Source: a virus. Taken from it: a stretch of DNA of 64,000 bases. The position numbers and the translations under genes were made by a program. How positions within the stretch are numbered: position 1 is the stretch's first letter; every line of letters starts with the position of its first letter. Below the pieces are notes generated by a model that saw only the letters and a list, made by a program, of their open reading frames with translations, did not search any database and was not told where the DNA came from. This document shows positions 42,903 to 50,085 of the stretch, piece after piece. The stretch lies in the IMG/VR virus record IMGVR_UViG_3300045988_140747, one strand, 5' to 3'.

Positions 42903-43365
42903 CGCCTACAATGCACTGGATACTCTGGCAAGCAACGTCAGAGAAACAGACAACTACGGCATGTTCTGCAGGGACGAGCTGAAAAGCCTGATTGATGACT
43001 ATTTTTCAATTGTAGATCACCTCAAGCAAACGACACTCTGGGATGTCCTGACATATGAAGATCGGCTTGAAAGTCCGGTGCGAATCCTCACAGCAGACAA
43101 TGAGCGGCTGAAGAATGAAAACAACGAGCTTCTTTGCAAGCTCAAACAGTCTGAAAAGTACATAGCTTACGAAGACATCGATGAACAGCTCCGCATTGGT
43201 GATGTAGTTTACTCGAAGATTTTGAAAACGGCTGGAACGGTTCTCCGAGCCGATCCTGATGACTATATTATCGCAGACTTTGATATGAGAAATGGATCGT
43301 CAAAGAGATATGCGTGCAGATGGAATGATATTGTTCTTATAGAACGGAAGGGGGAGCAAAAATGA
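42883..43365 (+). CDS. hypothetical coiled-coil protein (160 aa)
   Basis: ATG 42883 lies 8 nt after GGAGG (42870-42874). Confidence 0.65.
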   Translation: MEHSRNDAYNALDTLASNVRETDNYGMFCRDELKSLIDDYFSIVDHLKQTTLWDVLTYEDRLESPVRILTADNERLKNENNELLCKLKQSEKYIAYEDIDEQLRIGDVVYSKILKTAGTVLRADPDDYIIADFDMRNGSSKRYACRWNDIVLIERKGEQK

Positions 43366-43604
43366 AGTATTTTGTTGAAGCGAACGTTAAGTACCCTTAC
43401 ATGAGCACGACTGCCACGTTTATCATTGATTGCGATTGTACGATCGAATCTGTTGATGGCATCACGTGGCTTGAATCTCAAGCAAAAAGGGCTTTCGATG
43501 AAGAGCCATCCAACCGCAAAGACTACGATGAGTTCATTATTATCTCGTTTTCTCCGCTTGACACACCTACGGGCCCCATTTGCGGAGGTGCAGCTTTGTT
43601 ATGA
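43362..43604 (+). CDS. hypothetical protein (80 aa)
   Basis: AAGGGGGAG RBS. Confidence 0.6.
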   Translation: MKYFVEANVKYPYMSTTATFIIDCDCTIESVDGITWLESQAKRAFDEEPSNRKDYDEFIIISFSPLDTPTGPICGGAALL

Positions 43605-43786
43605 AAAAGAAAGAAAAAACATGCGATCCTGGCACCTGCGACTATTGCCAGTACATTGGCGAAGGTGACTTTTTGTGCGACAAATATCTCGAAGTCGTCG
43701 TAGAGGACTGGGAACCCACCAAAAACTTTTTGATGTGTGCCAAGAAAAAACGGAGGATTTCAAATGACTTTTCTGTGCGTCCCTGA
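43601..43786 (+). CDS. small Cys-rich protein (61 aa)
   Basis: ATGA overlap. CDPGTCDYCQY...FLCD. Confidence 0.5.
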   Translation: MKKKEKTCDPGTCDYCQYIGEGDFLCDKYLEVVVEDWEPTKNFLMCAKKKRRISNDFSVRP

Positions 43787-44003
43787 AAAGTGCGATATCA
43801 GTATTATCACACCTGCAGACAAAGAGACTCCAATTCTCTGCACTGCCCACAATTGCGAGAGAAGAGTCTCTCCTACATGTGGAAGCTGTAAGTTCTATGC
43901 GGAACATGAAGGCGTGTGCTGCTACTACAAGTCGGAACATGTGGCGGATTTTACCGCTCCTGATGATGAATGCCGCTGTTGGAGGAAGAAAGAAGATGCT
44001 TGA
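43764..44003 (+). CDS. small Cys-rich protein (79 aa)
   Basis: ATG 43764 follows CGGAGGA. Ten cysteines. Confidence 0.55.
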   Translation: MTFLCVPEKCDISIITPADKETPILCTAHNCERRVSPTCGSCKFYAEHEGVCCYYKSEHVADFTAPDDECRCWRKKEDA

Positions 44004-44241
44004 TATCGTTCTGAAGATTTCGCAGATCGCTGCCGCCGGCGCTGCGATTTTTATGATTTATCAAAGCGTTAAGCCAAGACCGCTTTGTGATAGATGCAAA
44101 CATCTGATCTGCAAAAGGACGGATGACTACTTCAAATATGTGTGCGGAGCTGGCTCTTTTAGAGAGTTCTATCATAAAGCCCCTGAGATCTGTAACTGTT
44201 TTGAGAAAAAAGTGGAAGGCAATACGTCCCATTTTCAATAA
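43996..44241 (+). CDS. small membrane-anchored Cys-rich protein (81 aa)
   Basis: N-terminal helix ISQIAAAGAAIFMIY. GGAGGAAG lies upstream. Confidence 0.55.
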   Translation: MLDIVLKISQIAAAGAAIFMIYQSVKPRPLCDRCKHLICKRTDDYFKYVCGAGSFREFYHKAPEICNCFEKKVEGNTSHFQ

Positions 44242-44274
44242 TGACAGGAGATAATCTTTAGGAGGAGCTTGTGG

Positions 44275-44472
44275 ATGAAAAAAGCAAACGGCAGGTATAT
44301 GGATGTAGTGTGCGACCGTTGTGGGCGCGATATCCGAGTGGATGACACAAGCAGGGCGCTACTACACGGATGGGGATGGCGAAAAGACACTGGAGACTTA
44401 TGCCCGGGGTGTTATAGCGACTACAGAAAAATGATCTCTGAATTCAAATCCGAGAAGCGCAAAATCCGATAA
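44275..44472 (+). CDS. zinc-ribbon protein (65 aa)
   Basis: ATG 44275 follows GGAGGAG. CDRCGR...CPGC. Confidence 0.6.
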   Translation: MKKANGRYMDVVCDRCGRDIRVDDTSRALLHGWGWRKDTGDLCPGCYSDYRKMISEFKSEKRKIR

Positions 44473-44498
44473 ATGTTAAGATTTAGGAGGAACTAAGC

Positions 44499-44726
44499 AT
44501 GGAAGAATGCAGATTAAAACCATGTCCCTTTTGTGGTGGCGAGGTCACCATCGCTGAAGGCGGCGATGATTTAACTAAGTGGATGTTTGTCACAAGAGGA
44601 AACAAAGAAAACGCTTGCAAGTGCCGCGTATTTATGGAAAGTAAACCGTACTATTCTGATTGCGAAGAAAATGATAAACAAAGTATCAAGCGGAAGCTTA
44701 TCAATGAGTGGAATAAGAGGATTTGA
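44499..44726 (+). CDS. Lar-family restriction-alleviation-like protein (75 aa)
   Basis: LKPCPFCGGEVTI... opening and ...LINEWNKR ending match the Lar family pattern (LkPCPFCGg ... aWNrR). Confidence 0.65.
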   Translation: MEECRLKPCPFCGGEVTIAEGGDDLTKWMFVTRGNKENACKCRVFMESKPYYSDCEENDKQSIKRKLINEWNKRI

Positions 44727-44755
44727 TAAAAGCTGAGATTTAAGGGAGATACATT

Positions 44756-44953
44756 ATGAAAAAGTTCGTTGTTCTTTTTGAAGGTTGGAATGATAAGCAC
44801 GACCGTGAATGTATGCGCTATGTTGTTGATGCAGATGATGGCTTTGAAAGTATTTTGAGTGTTGAAGAACGGGCGGAAAAGATGGCTCGAAGCAAACATC
44901 CTAATCTGAAAAATTTTAAGACGCTTTACATCAAAGAACTGCTTAACAGATAA
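44756..44953 (+). CDS. hypothetical protein (65 aa)
   Basis: AAGGGAGA RBS. Confidence 0.6.
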   Translation: MKKFVVLFEGWNDKHDRECMRYVVDADDGFESILSVEERAEKMARSKHPNLKNFKTLYIKELLNR

Positions 44954-44978
44954 AAACTAAGTTTTAATTAGAGTTGTG

Positions 44979-45158
44979 ATGGAAGAACATGAACTGAAAC
45001 CATGCCCGTTTTGCGCATCGGAGTATCCTCATGTCATGCTAAACGATAGAGGAGCGAAGGCTGGAATGTGGAGATACTTTGTAGAATGCCTTAACTGCGA
45101 AAGCAAAACTGGCATCTATAAAACAAAGGAAGGCGCAATGCAGGCATGGGAGCTGTGA
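44979..45158 (+). CDS. second Lar-family-like protein (59 aa)
   Basis: ELKPCPFCASEY...CLNCESKT...GAMQAWEL. A paralogue of 44499..44726. Confidence 0.6.
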   Translation: MEEHELKPCPFCASEYPHVMLNDRGAKAGMWRYFVECLNCESKTGIYKTKEGAMQAWEL

Positions 45159-45193
45159 GCATATAAAAAATAGGTTCTATGGAGGTTTGTCTC

Positions 45194-45511
45194 ATGGAGA
45201 AAATTAAATTGGTTGATGCAATTTCCATTTCTGATGGATTCAAGAAGGCTGGACTGGAGAAAAAATCTGAGGCAAAGAGGCTTATGGATTCAAAAGATAT
45301 CTATAAGCAACGGAAGGGGATAGTCAAGGACTGTGGAGCTGATATGATCATTGGCCTTGCTGAAGACCTCGCTACATTTCGAGGAATTGATATTGTTGCA
45401 CTCCTCACCGAATATGAGTCGATAAAGACATATACAGATTGTGAAGAATACAGAAAGCAGGGTGCCATTGAGGTTCTCGAGAGGATGATCGACATGCTCT
45501 CTTCAAATTAA
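45194..45511 (+). CDS. hypothetical protein (105 aa)
   Basis: ATG 45194 lies 8 nt after GGAGG. Confidence 0.6.
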   Translation: MEKIKLVDAISISDGFKKAGLEKKSEAKRLMDSKDIYKQRKGIVKDCGADMIIGLAEDLATFRGIDIVALLTEYESIKTYTDCEEYRKQGAIEVLERMIDMLSSN

Positions 45512-45534
45512 ATCTGTAATCGGAGGTTCAATTT

Positions 45535-45834
45535 ATGCCATATTTTGTATGTGAGGAATGCAAAGCTGGCCATTGCGCACGAAGGTCTCCCGGACCGAAT
45601 ATCGTAGTGGATAGAATGTGCGATTTTTTCATTGGATGGTGCGATATCGAAAAATACAAACCGCCGGAATGTACGGAGATTGTAGTCAAGGATTCAAAAG
45701 GCAAAATGCATCTTGCTTTTTATCAGCCTGGTTGGGATGTTGGCTACGCTCATAAGGATCCTGTAGTTATGGACAGCAATACGGGAGAAAAAATCGAGGA
45801 TCCGGCAAAATGGCTCAAAGGAATGCAGCTATAG
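45535..45834 (+). CDS. hypothetical protein (99 aa)
   Basis: CGGAGG RBS. Confidence 0.65.
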   Translation: MPYFVCEECKAGHCARRSPGPNIVVDRMCDFFIGWCDIEKYKPPECTEIVVKDSKGKMHLAFYQPGWDVGYAHKDPVVMDSNTGEKIEDPAKWLKGMQL

Positions 45835-45845
45835 GAGGAATAAAG

Positions 45846-46364
45846 ATGAACGAAGCAAAGATTTTCAAATTTTCCGGGTACGCGGTCGATTCGATTGATC
45901 CGTACTCAAAAGATCAGGTTAAGGATAGCCTTTACGACTGGGCTGACGATCAGTCTTTCCAGTTCCTGCAGCATGTACATGTCGAGGAGGCTGTGTTGCA
46001 AGATGATGATCTGGATGATCTGAGCGTCAAGAACTGCGACTTGTCGCACTGCGAGAAACATTTTCAAAAGCAAGCAAGCGCAGCTGAGTATGACCGGCCC
46101 ATTCCTAAGCCGGGCGAGCACTGGATGCACTTCAAGGCAGGAAAGATGGTCGAGATCGTTGCGGTCAGCCGATGCAGCGAAAGCCCCGATTCTTTCAGCG
46201 TGATCTATCGAGATCCAAACGGCATCGTGTGGGACCGCCCTCTTGATATGTTTATGAGTGAAGTGGATCGCGAGAAATATCCGAATGCTCTCACGAAATA
46301 CCGTTTCGAGAAAGTTGTTGCAAGCTATACGGCGTATTCTGATACCGTTGAACACTACGAATAA
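45846..46364 (+). CDS. protein with C-terminal DUF1653-like domain (172 aa)
   Basis: ATG 45846 follows TAGGAGGA. GEHWMHFKAGKMVEIVAVSRCSESPDSFSVIYRDPNGIVWDRPLDMF fits the DUF1653 pattern. Confidence 0.6.
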   Translation: MNEAKIFKFSGYAVDSIDPYSKDQVKDSLYDWADDQSFQFLQHVHVEEAVLQDDDLDDLSVKNCDLSHCEKHFQKQASAAEYDRPIPKPGEHWMHFKAGKMVEIVAVSRCSESPDSFSVIYRDPNGIVWDRPLDMFMSEVDREKYPNALTKYRFEKVVASYTAYSDTVEHYE

Positions 46365-46374
46365 GGAGGATCGC

Positions 46375-46647
46375 ATGAAAACCATTTTTTACCCGGCTAT
46401 CTTTCACCCGGAAACAACAGGCTATTCCGTTTCCGTCCCTGATATTGAAGGCTGCTTCACTCAGGGAGAGAACATGGAAGATGCCATGTCTATGGCAAAA
46501 GAGGCTGTTAGCCTTATGCTCGAAGAGGCGAGCATATTTCCAAAACCGTCACTCGCCGCTACGATTCGGCTCCACCGTGGAGACTTCATTTCCATGATCC
46601 CATTTGAGCCAAAGGATGCTAAAGCTAAAGGAGATTCTCTGCGATGA
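46375..46647 (+). CDS. HicB-family antitoxin-like protein (90 aa), no HicA partner seen
   Basis: ATG 46375 follows TAAGGAGGA. IFYPAIFHPETTGYSVSVPDIEGCFTQGENMEDAMSMAKEAV is the canonical HicB N-terminal domain. Confidence 0.7.
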   Translation: MKTIFYPAIFHPETTGYSVSVPDIEGCFTQGENMEDAMSMAKEAVSLMLEEASIFPKPSLAATIRLHRGDFISMIPFEPKDAKAKGDSLR

Positions 46648-46943
46648 ATGAAAAAATTGTCGGCCTTTTCAAGTGCCGTAACTGTGGGTCAATCTTTAAT
46701 GAAAAAGTGGAAGTGACGCAGTCTGTAAGTTGGGCAATCAAAGACATGTCCAAGGAAGTTGAATATACCACGACCGCGGCATTCCACGGAACTTCTCTCC
46801 CGGGGCGCTTTATCATTCACCGGTGCAAAAAAGGATGGTTCTGCATTTGCGACCTTGTTGGATGGAAGATTGGAGAGGAGGCGCAGGACGGTTGTGAATT
46901 TGGATGGAATATTGGAGAGGAGACGCAGGACGGTGGTGAATGA
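46644..46943 (+). CDS. zinc-ribbon protein ending in a 14-aa tandem repeat (99 aa)
   Basis: ATGA overlap. CRNCGS...HRCKKGWFCIC. C-terminus is WKIGEEAQDGCEFG / WNIGEETQDGGE. Confidence 0.6.
   Translation: MNEKIVGLFKCRNCGSIFNEKVEVTQSVSWAIKDMSKEVEYTTTAAFHGTSLPGRFIIHRCKKGWFCICDLVGWKIGEEAQDGCEFGWNIGEETQDGGE
46859..46942 (+). repeat. 42-nt tandem duplication (2 copies)
   Basis: TGGATGGAAGATTGGAGAGGAGGCGCAGGACGGTTGTGAATT (46859-46900) and TGGATGGAATATTGGAGAGGAGACGCAGGACGGTGGTGAATG (46901-46942) differ at 4 positions. Confidence 0.9.
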
Positions 46944-47286
46944 GGTTAGGCCTGTAGATGCCAATGAGCTGCTGAAGCAGTCTGTCTACTGTAAAGGCGA
47001 GGACGGGACTATGTTTTATGCTGTACCCGCTAGTTCTATTATCAAAGCTTCAACACTGACACCGAAATACATATGGAACACACCAGACAAGAAGCCAACC
47101 GAGGCGGATGTTGATCGAAGCGGTTACGTTTTGGCAATCCACAAGAACGATACCCATATTGAGAGGTGGCTCGCATACATAGTTGCGGAGCACCCGGAAA
47201 AATTTTATTGCTGGTATCCGTTGCCGGAGCCCAAACTGGAGGTTTTCGATCATGAGCAAAATGAAAAAGCTGATTCTTGCAGATGA
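46936..47286 (+). CDS. DUF551-like protein (116 aa; start uncertain)
   Basis: GTG 46936 in the ORF 46759..47286 frame. C-terminus ...EKFYCWYPLPEPKLE is DUF551-like. The upstream part of the ORF lies in the repeat and overlaps the previous gene. Confidence 0.45.
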   Translation: MNEVRPVDANELLKQSVYCKGEDGTMFYAVPASSIIKASTLTPKYIWNTPDKKPTEADVDRSGYVLAIHKNDTHIERWLAYIVAEHPEKFYCWYPLPEPKLEVFDHEQNEKADSCR

Positions 47287-47677
47287 CCTGTACGACAAGG
47301 TCTCAAGCATGGGTTTGCAGAATGGCTCTGCTCTTGGTCATCACAGCGGCACCGCTGATGTCATTGCGGAGATGATTTGGCGTGCCCCTGCTGTTGACCC
47401 TGCAAGCTGCCTGAACTGGCACACCGGAATGCCGCCCGAGCATGATTCTCAATCAGCAAAGCTGAAAGGAACAGAAAAGTGGCATCCATGGATGTTTGAA
47501 AAAATATCCGACAAGGTTCTTGTGACCATTGAAGATGCAGAAGGCAATCGATGCACCGATGTGTCGCAGACGTTTGACGGGAAATGGAAGGGGTACTACC
47601 AGATGGATGCTTTGAAACTCAAAATCGTTGCATGGACCGAATTTCCATCACCTGCAAAGGAGGCCGACAATGACTGA
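47252..47677 (+). CDS. DUF551-like protein (141 aa)
   Basis: ATG 47252 lies 10 nt after GGAGG. LNWHTGMPPEH ... KIVAWTEFPSPAKE. Confidence 0.6.
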   Translation: MSKMKKLILADDLYDKVSSMGLQNGSALGHHSGTADVIAEMIWRAPAVDPASCLNWHTGMPPEHDSQSAKLKGTEKWHPWMFEKISDKVLVTIEDAEGNRCTDVSQTFDGKWKGYYQMDALKLKIVAWTEFPSPAKEADND

Positions 47678-47954
47678 AATAGAAAAGCTGGATGCCGCTC
47701 TTACCGAAATGAACATCGGCCACGAGCACGTCATTCAGCCTATTGGTGGTGGCGATATGATAATCGCTTACGGTGGAAGATTCGGAACAAAGTATCTGTT
47801 TGACGCGATCTGCAATGAATTTTCATACGGCGGAAGGCAGGGCCTTTTGGAAGTCATGGGCAAATGGCTTATCGGAAACAGGGATGTTATGGGGGGGCTC
47901 ACTGCCGATGAGGTCGTCAAACTCATCAACAAGAAGTTGGAGGAAAAGAAATGA
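47670..47954 (+). CDS. hypothetical protein (94 aa)
   Basis: ATG 47670 follows AAGGAGG. Confidence 0.65.
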   Translation: MTEIEKLDAALTEMNIGHEHVIQPIGGGDMIIAYGGRFGTKYLFDAICNEFSYGGRQGLLEVMGKWLIGNRDVMGGLTADEVVKLINKKLEEKK

Positions 47955-48202
47955 CAGAAAAGATATATGGGCTCACTGAAAAAAGGCGAGGACTCTACGA
48001 AGTTCCCATCGAATATACAAAGCGAGGGAAGATGATAGTTCATGCTGATTCTTATGAAGAGGCCATCCAGAATGCGCTGGATCCGATGTCTGGATCACTT
48101 CCGGTTGATGATGAGGTTGTAATGGGGAGCCTACACATTCCGTTCGAAAAGGAAAATGCTCCATTACACATCAGATTCAAAGAATTGCCAAAATGGCTAT
48201 GA
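47951..48202 (+). CDS. hypothetical protein (83 aa)
   Basis: ATGA overlap. GGAGGAAAAG lies upstream. Confidence 0.65.
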   Translation: MTEKIYGLTEKRRGLYEVPIEYTKRGKMIVHADSYEEAIQNALDPMSGSLPVDDEVVMGSLHIPFEKENAPLHIRFKELPKWL

Positions 48203-48284
48203 GATGCAACAGCTGCATTTTGTATCGCAAACCATTGCTTTCGTGCATTTTGCATAAAAAATCATATAATCGCATAAAAAGTCA

Positions 48285-48314
48285 TTGTAGTACATTATCG
48301 ACCTATGGTATCCT
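48285..48314 (+). promoter_or_regulatory. candidate promoter for the tRNA/ncRNA cluster
   Basis: TTGTAG 48285-48290, 18-nt spacer, TGG + TATCCT 48309-48314. Weak match. Confidence 0.3.
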
Positions 48315-48422
48315 GTATCCTGTCAAGAATGAGCGAGAGGCAAACAGCATCTTGCGATTTCCGATCGGCAACAGCAGGAAACCGATCCGACATGTTCCCG
48401 ACATTTTGCCGGGAACATTCAT

Positions 48423-48498
48423 GCAGCTGTAGTTCAATTGGCAGAGCATCGGATTTCCAATCCGAGTGTTGCGGGTTCGATCCCCGTCAGCTGCTCCA
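48423..48498 (+). tRNA. tRNA-Gly (anticodon TCC), CCA encoded
   Basis: Acceptor GCAGCTG/CAGCTGC, D arm GTTC-AATTGGCA-GAGC, anticodon arm TCGGA-TTTCCAA-TCCGA, T arm GCGGG-TTCGATC-CCCGT. Confidence 0.85.
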
Positions 48499-48925
48499 CC
48501 TGCGTAATGCAGGCCATGAATTGACCAACCTTCACACTGCCATGCTCGGCTCTCCATCACGGTGGAGCGGCAGGCTGCAAGCCGAGCGCTTTATATGCGG
48601 ATAATGGATGCCTTAAATGCGAGGCCCGGTTCGATACCGGAAATCCGCGCGAAAGGGGTGGATGAGATGCTGGAGCTATATTATGTGAAAGGCACTGACC
48701 TTGTATACGTCCGTCTCATCTGTCCGAAAGTGCGATCGATTTCGGCTAAAGGCAACGGAATCCACTCCAATCGTATCAACCGTTCAGCAAAGGCTGAGAC
48801 TGGAGGCGGAGGTTGTAGATACTCTAGGGGCCGACCTGCAACTCGGTTTGAAAGCGGATGTTAAGTAAAGTGGAAGATTATCATTCCCATTGCTGCTGAT
48901 ACCAGCTGATAGTCTTCCACTTTTA
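48499..48925 (+). ncRNA. ~430-nt highly structured non-coding RNA candidate ending in a long terminator hairpin
   Basis: Nested helices: 48499-48513; 48544-50/48581-87 enclosing 48552-56/48563-67; a tRNA-like module GCGGAT 48597-602 / ATCCGC 48643-48 with CCGG-TTCGATA-CCGG at 48626-40; 48661-67/48714-20; 48724-29/48740-45. A 15-bp terminator stem at 48869-48921 plus TTTTA. The only ORF (48562..48864) has no RBS and an implausible composition. Confidence 0.55.
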
Positions 48926-48928
48926 TAA

Positions 48929-49014
48929 GGGCGTGTAGCTCAGAAGGTAGAGCACGCGTGAGTCCAAAAGGTCTCCGCCAGAAGAAGTCGTCGGTTCGAT
49001 TCCGACCACGCCAA
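48929..49014 (+). ncRNA. tRNA-like element with no usable anticodon loop
   Basis: Canonical D arm GCTC-AGAAGGTA-GAGC and T arm GTCGG-TTCGATT-CCGAC. A 6-bp acceptor (G1.A72 mismatch) and no CCA. The 35 nt between the D and T arms fold into an 8-bp hairpin capped by AAAA instead of a 5-bp stem with a 7-nt loop. Confidence 0.5.
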
Positions 49015-49150
49015 GACCGAAAGTATTGAAAGATCATGTGTGGTGCGCAACATACGCGGTCTGGAGACACATAGTAGGCAACAAGGCTCGTGTTAGGTAC
49101 AAGCACGGGTCAAATGCAAGAGAGCTGAAGACGTTCAGCTCTCTTTCTTT
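49015..49150 (+). ncRNA. structured spacer ending in a second terminator
   Basis: AGACCG 49012-17 pairs with CGGTCT 49056-61. Hairpin CTCGTG/CACGGG. Terminator AAGAGAGCTGAA-GACG-TTCAGCTCTCTT (49118-49145) followed by TCTTT, spanning 49118-49150. Confidence 0.4.
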
Positions 49151-49152
49151 AT

Positions 49153-49242
49153 GCAGTCGTACTCAAGTCTGGTTTAAGAGGGCTGTTTTGAAAACAGCTA
49201 GGTGGGTAACACGCGCGGGTTCGAATCCTGCCGGCTGCGCCA
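49153..49242 (+). tRNA. tRNA-Ser (anticodon TGA), class II, CCA encoded
   Basis: Acceptor GCAGTCG/CGGCTGC, 3-bp D stem, anticodon arm GCTGT-TTTGAAA-ACAGC, 16-nt variable arm, T arm GCGGG-TTCGAAT-CCTGC, G73. Confidence 0.85.
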
Positions 49243-49271
49243 TGAAAATAAAAATGAAGGAAGGCCATTTT

Positions 49272-49946
49272 ATGAAAGTTGAAAGACCCAGTTATCAAAT
49301 CCTTACTGAGATCTCAAAAGACGGCATCGAAGAGCTGCAGCGAATTGAACGCGTAGCACGAGTCTGCTATAAGAGCGAGGATAAGATCGTCCCGGATGGC
49401 TCATCGGCGAAGAAGCTGGTGAGCTTTCTTATTAAGCAGGAGCATGAGGCCATGCTGGAGCACTCCCAGCTGTCTGTGCTGTTCACCTGTGACAGGGCCA
49501 TTGCAAATGAACTGGTACGTCACCGCATTGCATCCTTCGCGCAGGAGAGCACCCGCTACTGCAACTATGCAGGGGAGAAATTCGGATGGGAGACTACGGT
49601 TATCAAACCGTACTACATTCCCGGCGATGGGTCTGACGCATATAAAGCTTGGTTCGATGCCTGCTGGGAAGCAGAGCAAAGCTATCTGAAGCTCATTCGG
49701 AGTGGTCTTCGTCCTGAACAAGCACGCTGCGTATTGCCGTTGTGCCTGAAGACAGAGATCGTGGTGACTGCCAACTACCGTGAGTGGCGTAACATTTTCA
49801 AATTGCGTACACATATCGCCGCTCACCCTCAGATGCGCCAGCTTATGTGCCCGCTTCTTCTCGAGCTGCAGAAGAAGATCCCGGTTGTGTTTGATGATAT
49901 CTACACCTACTGGCCGAATGATGACCAGACCGGTAAGAAAGCTTAA
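49272..49946 (+). CDS. thyX: flavin-dependent thymidylate synthase ThyX (224 aa)
   Basis: ThyX signature RHRIASFAQESTRY (RHRxxSxxxxSxR). ATG 49272 lies 8 nt after AGGAAGG. Earlier in-frame ATGs overlap the tRNA. Confidence 0.85.
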   Translation: MKVERPSYQILTEISKDGIEELQRIERVARVCYKSEDKIVPDGSSAKKLVSFLIKQEHEAMLEHSQLSVLFTCDRAIANELVRHRIASFAQESTRYCNYAGEKFGWETTVIKPYYIPGDGSDAYKAWFDACWEAEQSYLKLIRSGLRPEQARCVLPLCLKTEIVVTANYREWRNIFKLRTHIAAHPQMRQLMCPLLLELQKKIPVVFDDIYTYWPNDDQTGKKA

Positions 49947-49972
49947 CCCAAAGCCGTGGAAACACGGCACAT

Positions 49973-50062
49973 CGAGGATTCGCCAAGATGGTAATGCAGC
50001 GGAATTTGACTCCGCCAGTGCTGAATAAGCGATCGCAGGTTCGAGCCCTGCATCCTCGGCCA
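49973..50062 (+). tRNA. 90-nt class II tRNA with TTG (Gln) anticodon; isotype anomalous
   Basis: Acceptor CGAGGAT/ATCCTCG (7 Watson-Crick pairs). Anticodon arm GCGGA-ATTTGAC-TCCGC. A 19-nt variable arm with GCT-GAATA-AGC stem. T arm GCAGG-TTCGAGC-CCTGC. G73, CCA. Confidence 0.7.
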
Positions 50063-50085
50063 TAAAAGCAATCTGGAGGTCGTTC

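Noticed and set aside
48562-48864. 100-codon ORF inside the structured region between tRNAs
   Set aside because: It has no RBS and an Arg/Gly/Ser-rich, implausible composition. It runs straight through multiple stable helices and a tRNA-like module, so I treated it as non-coding.
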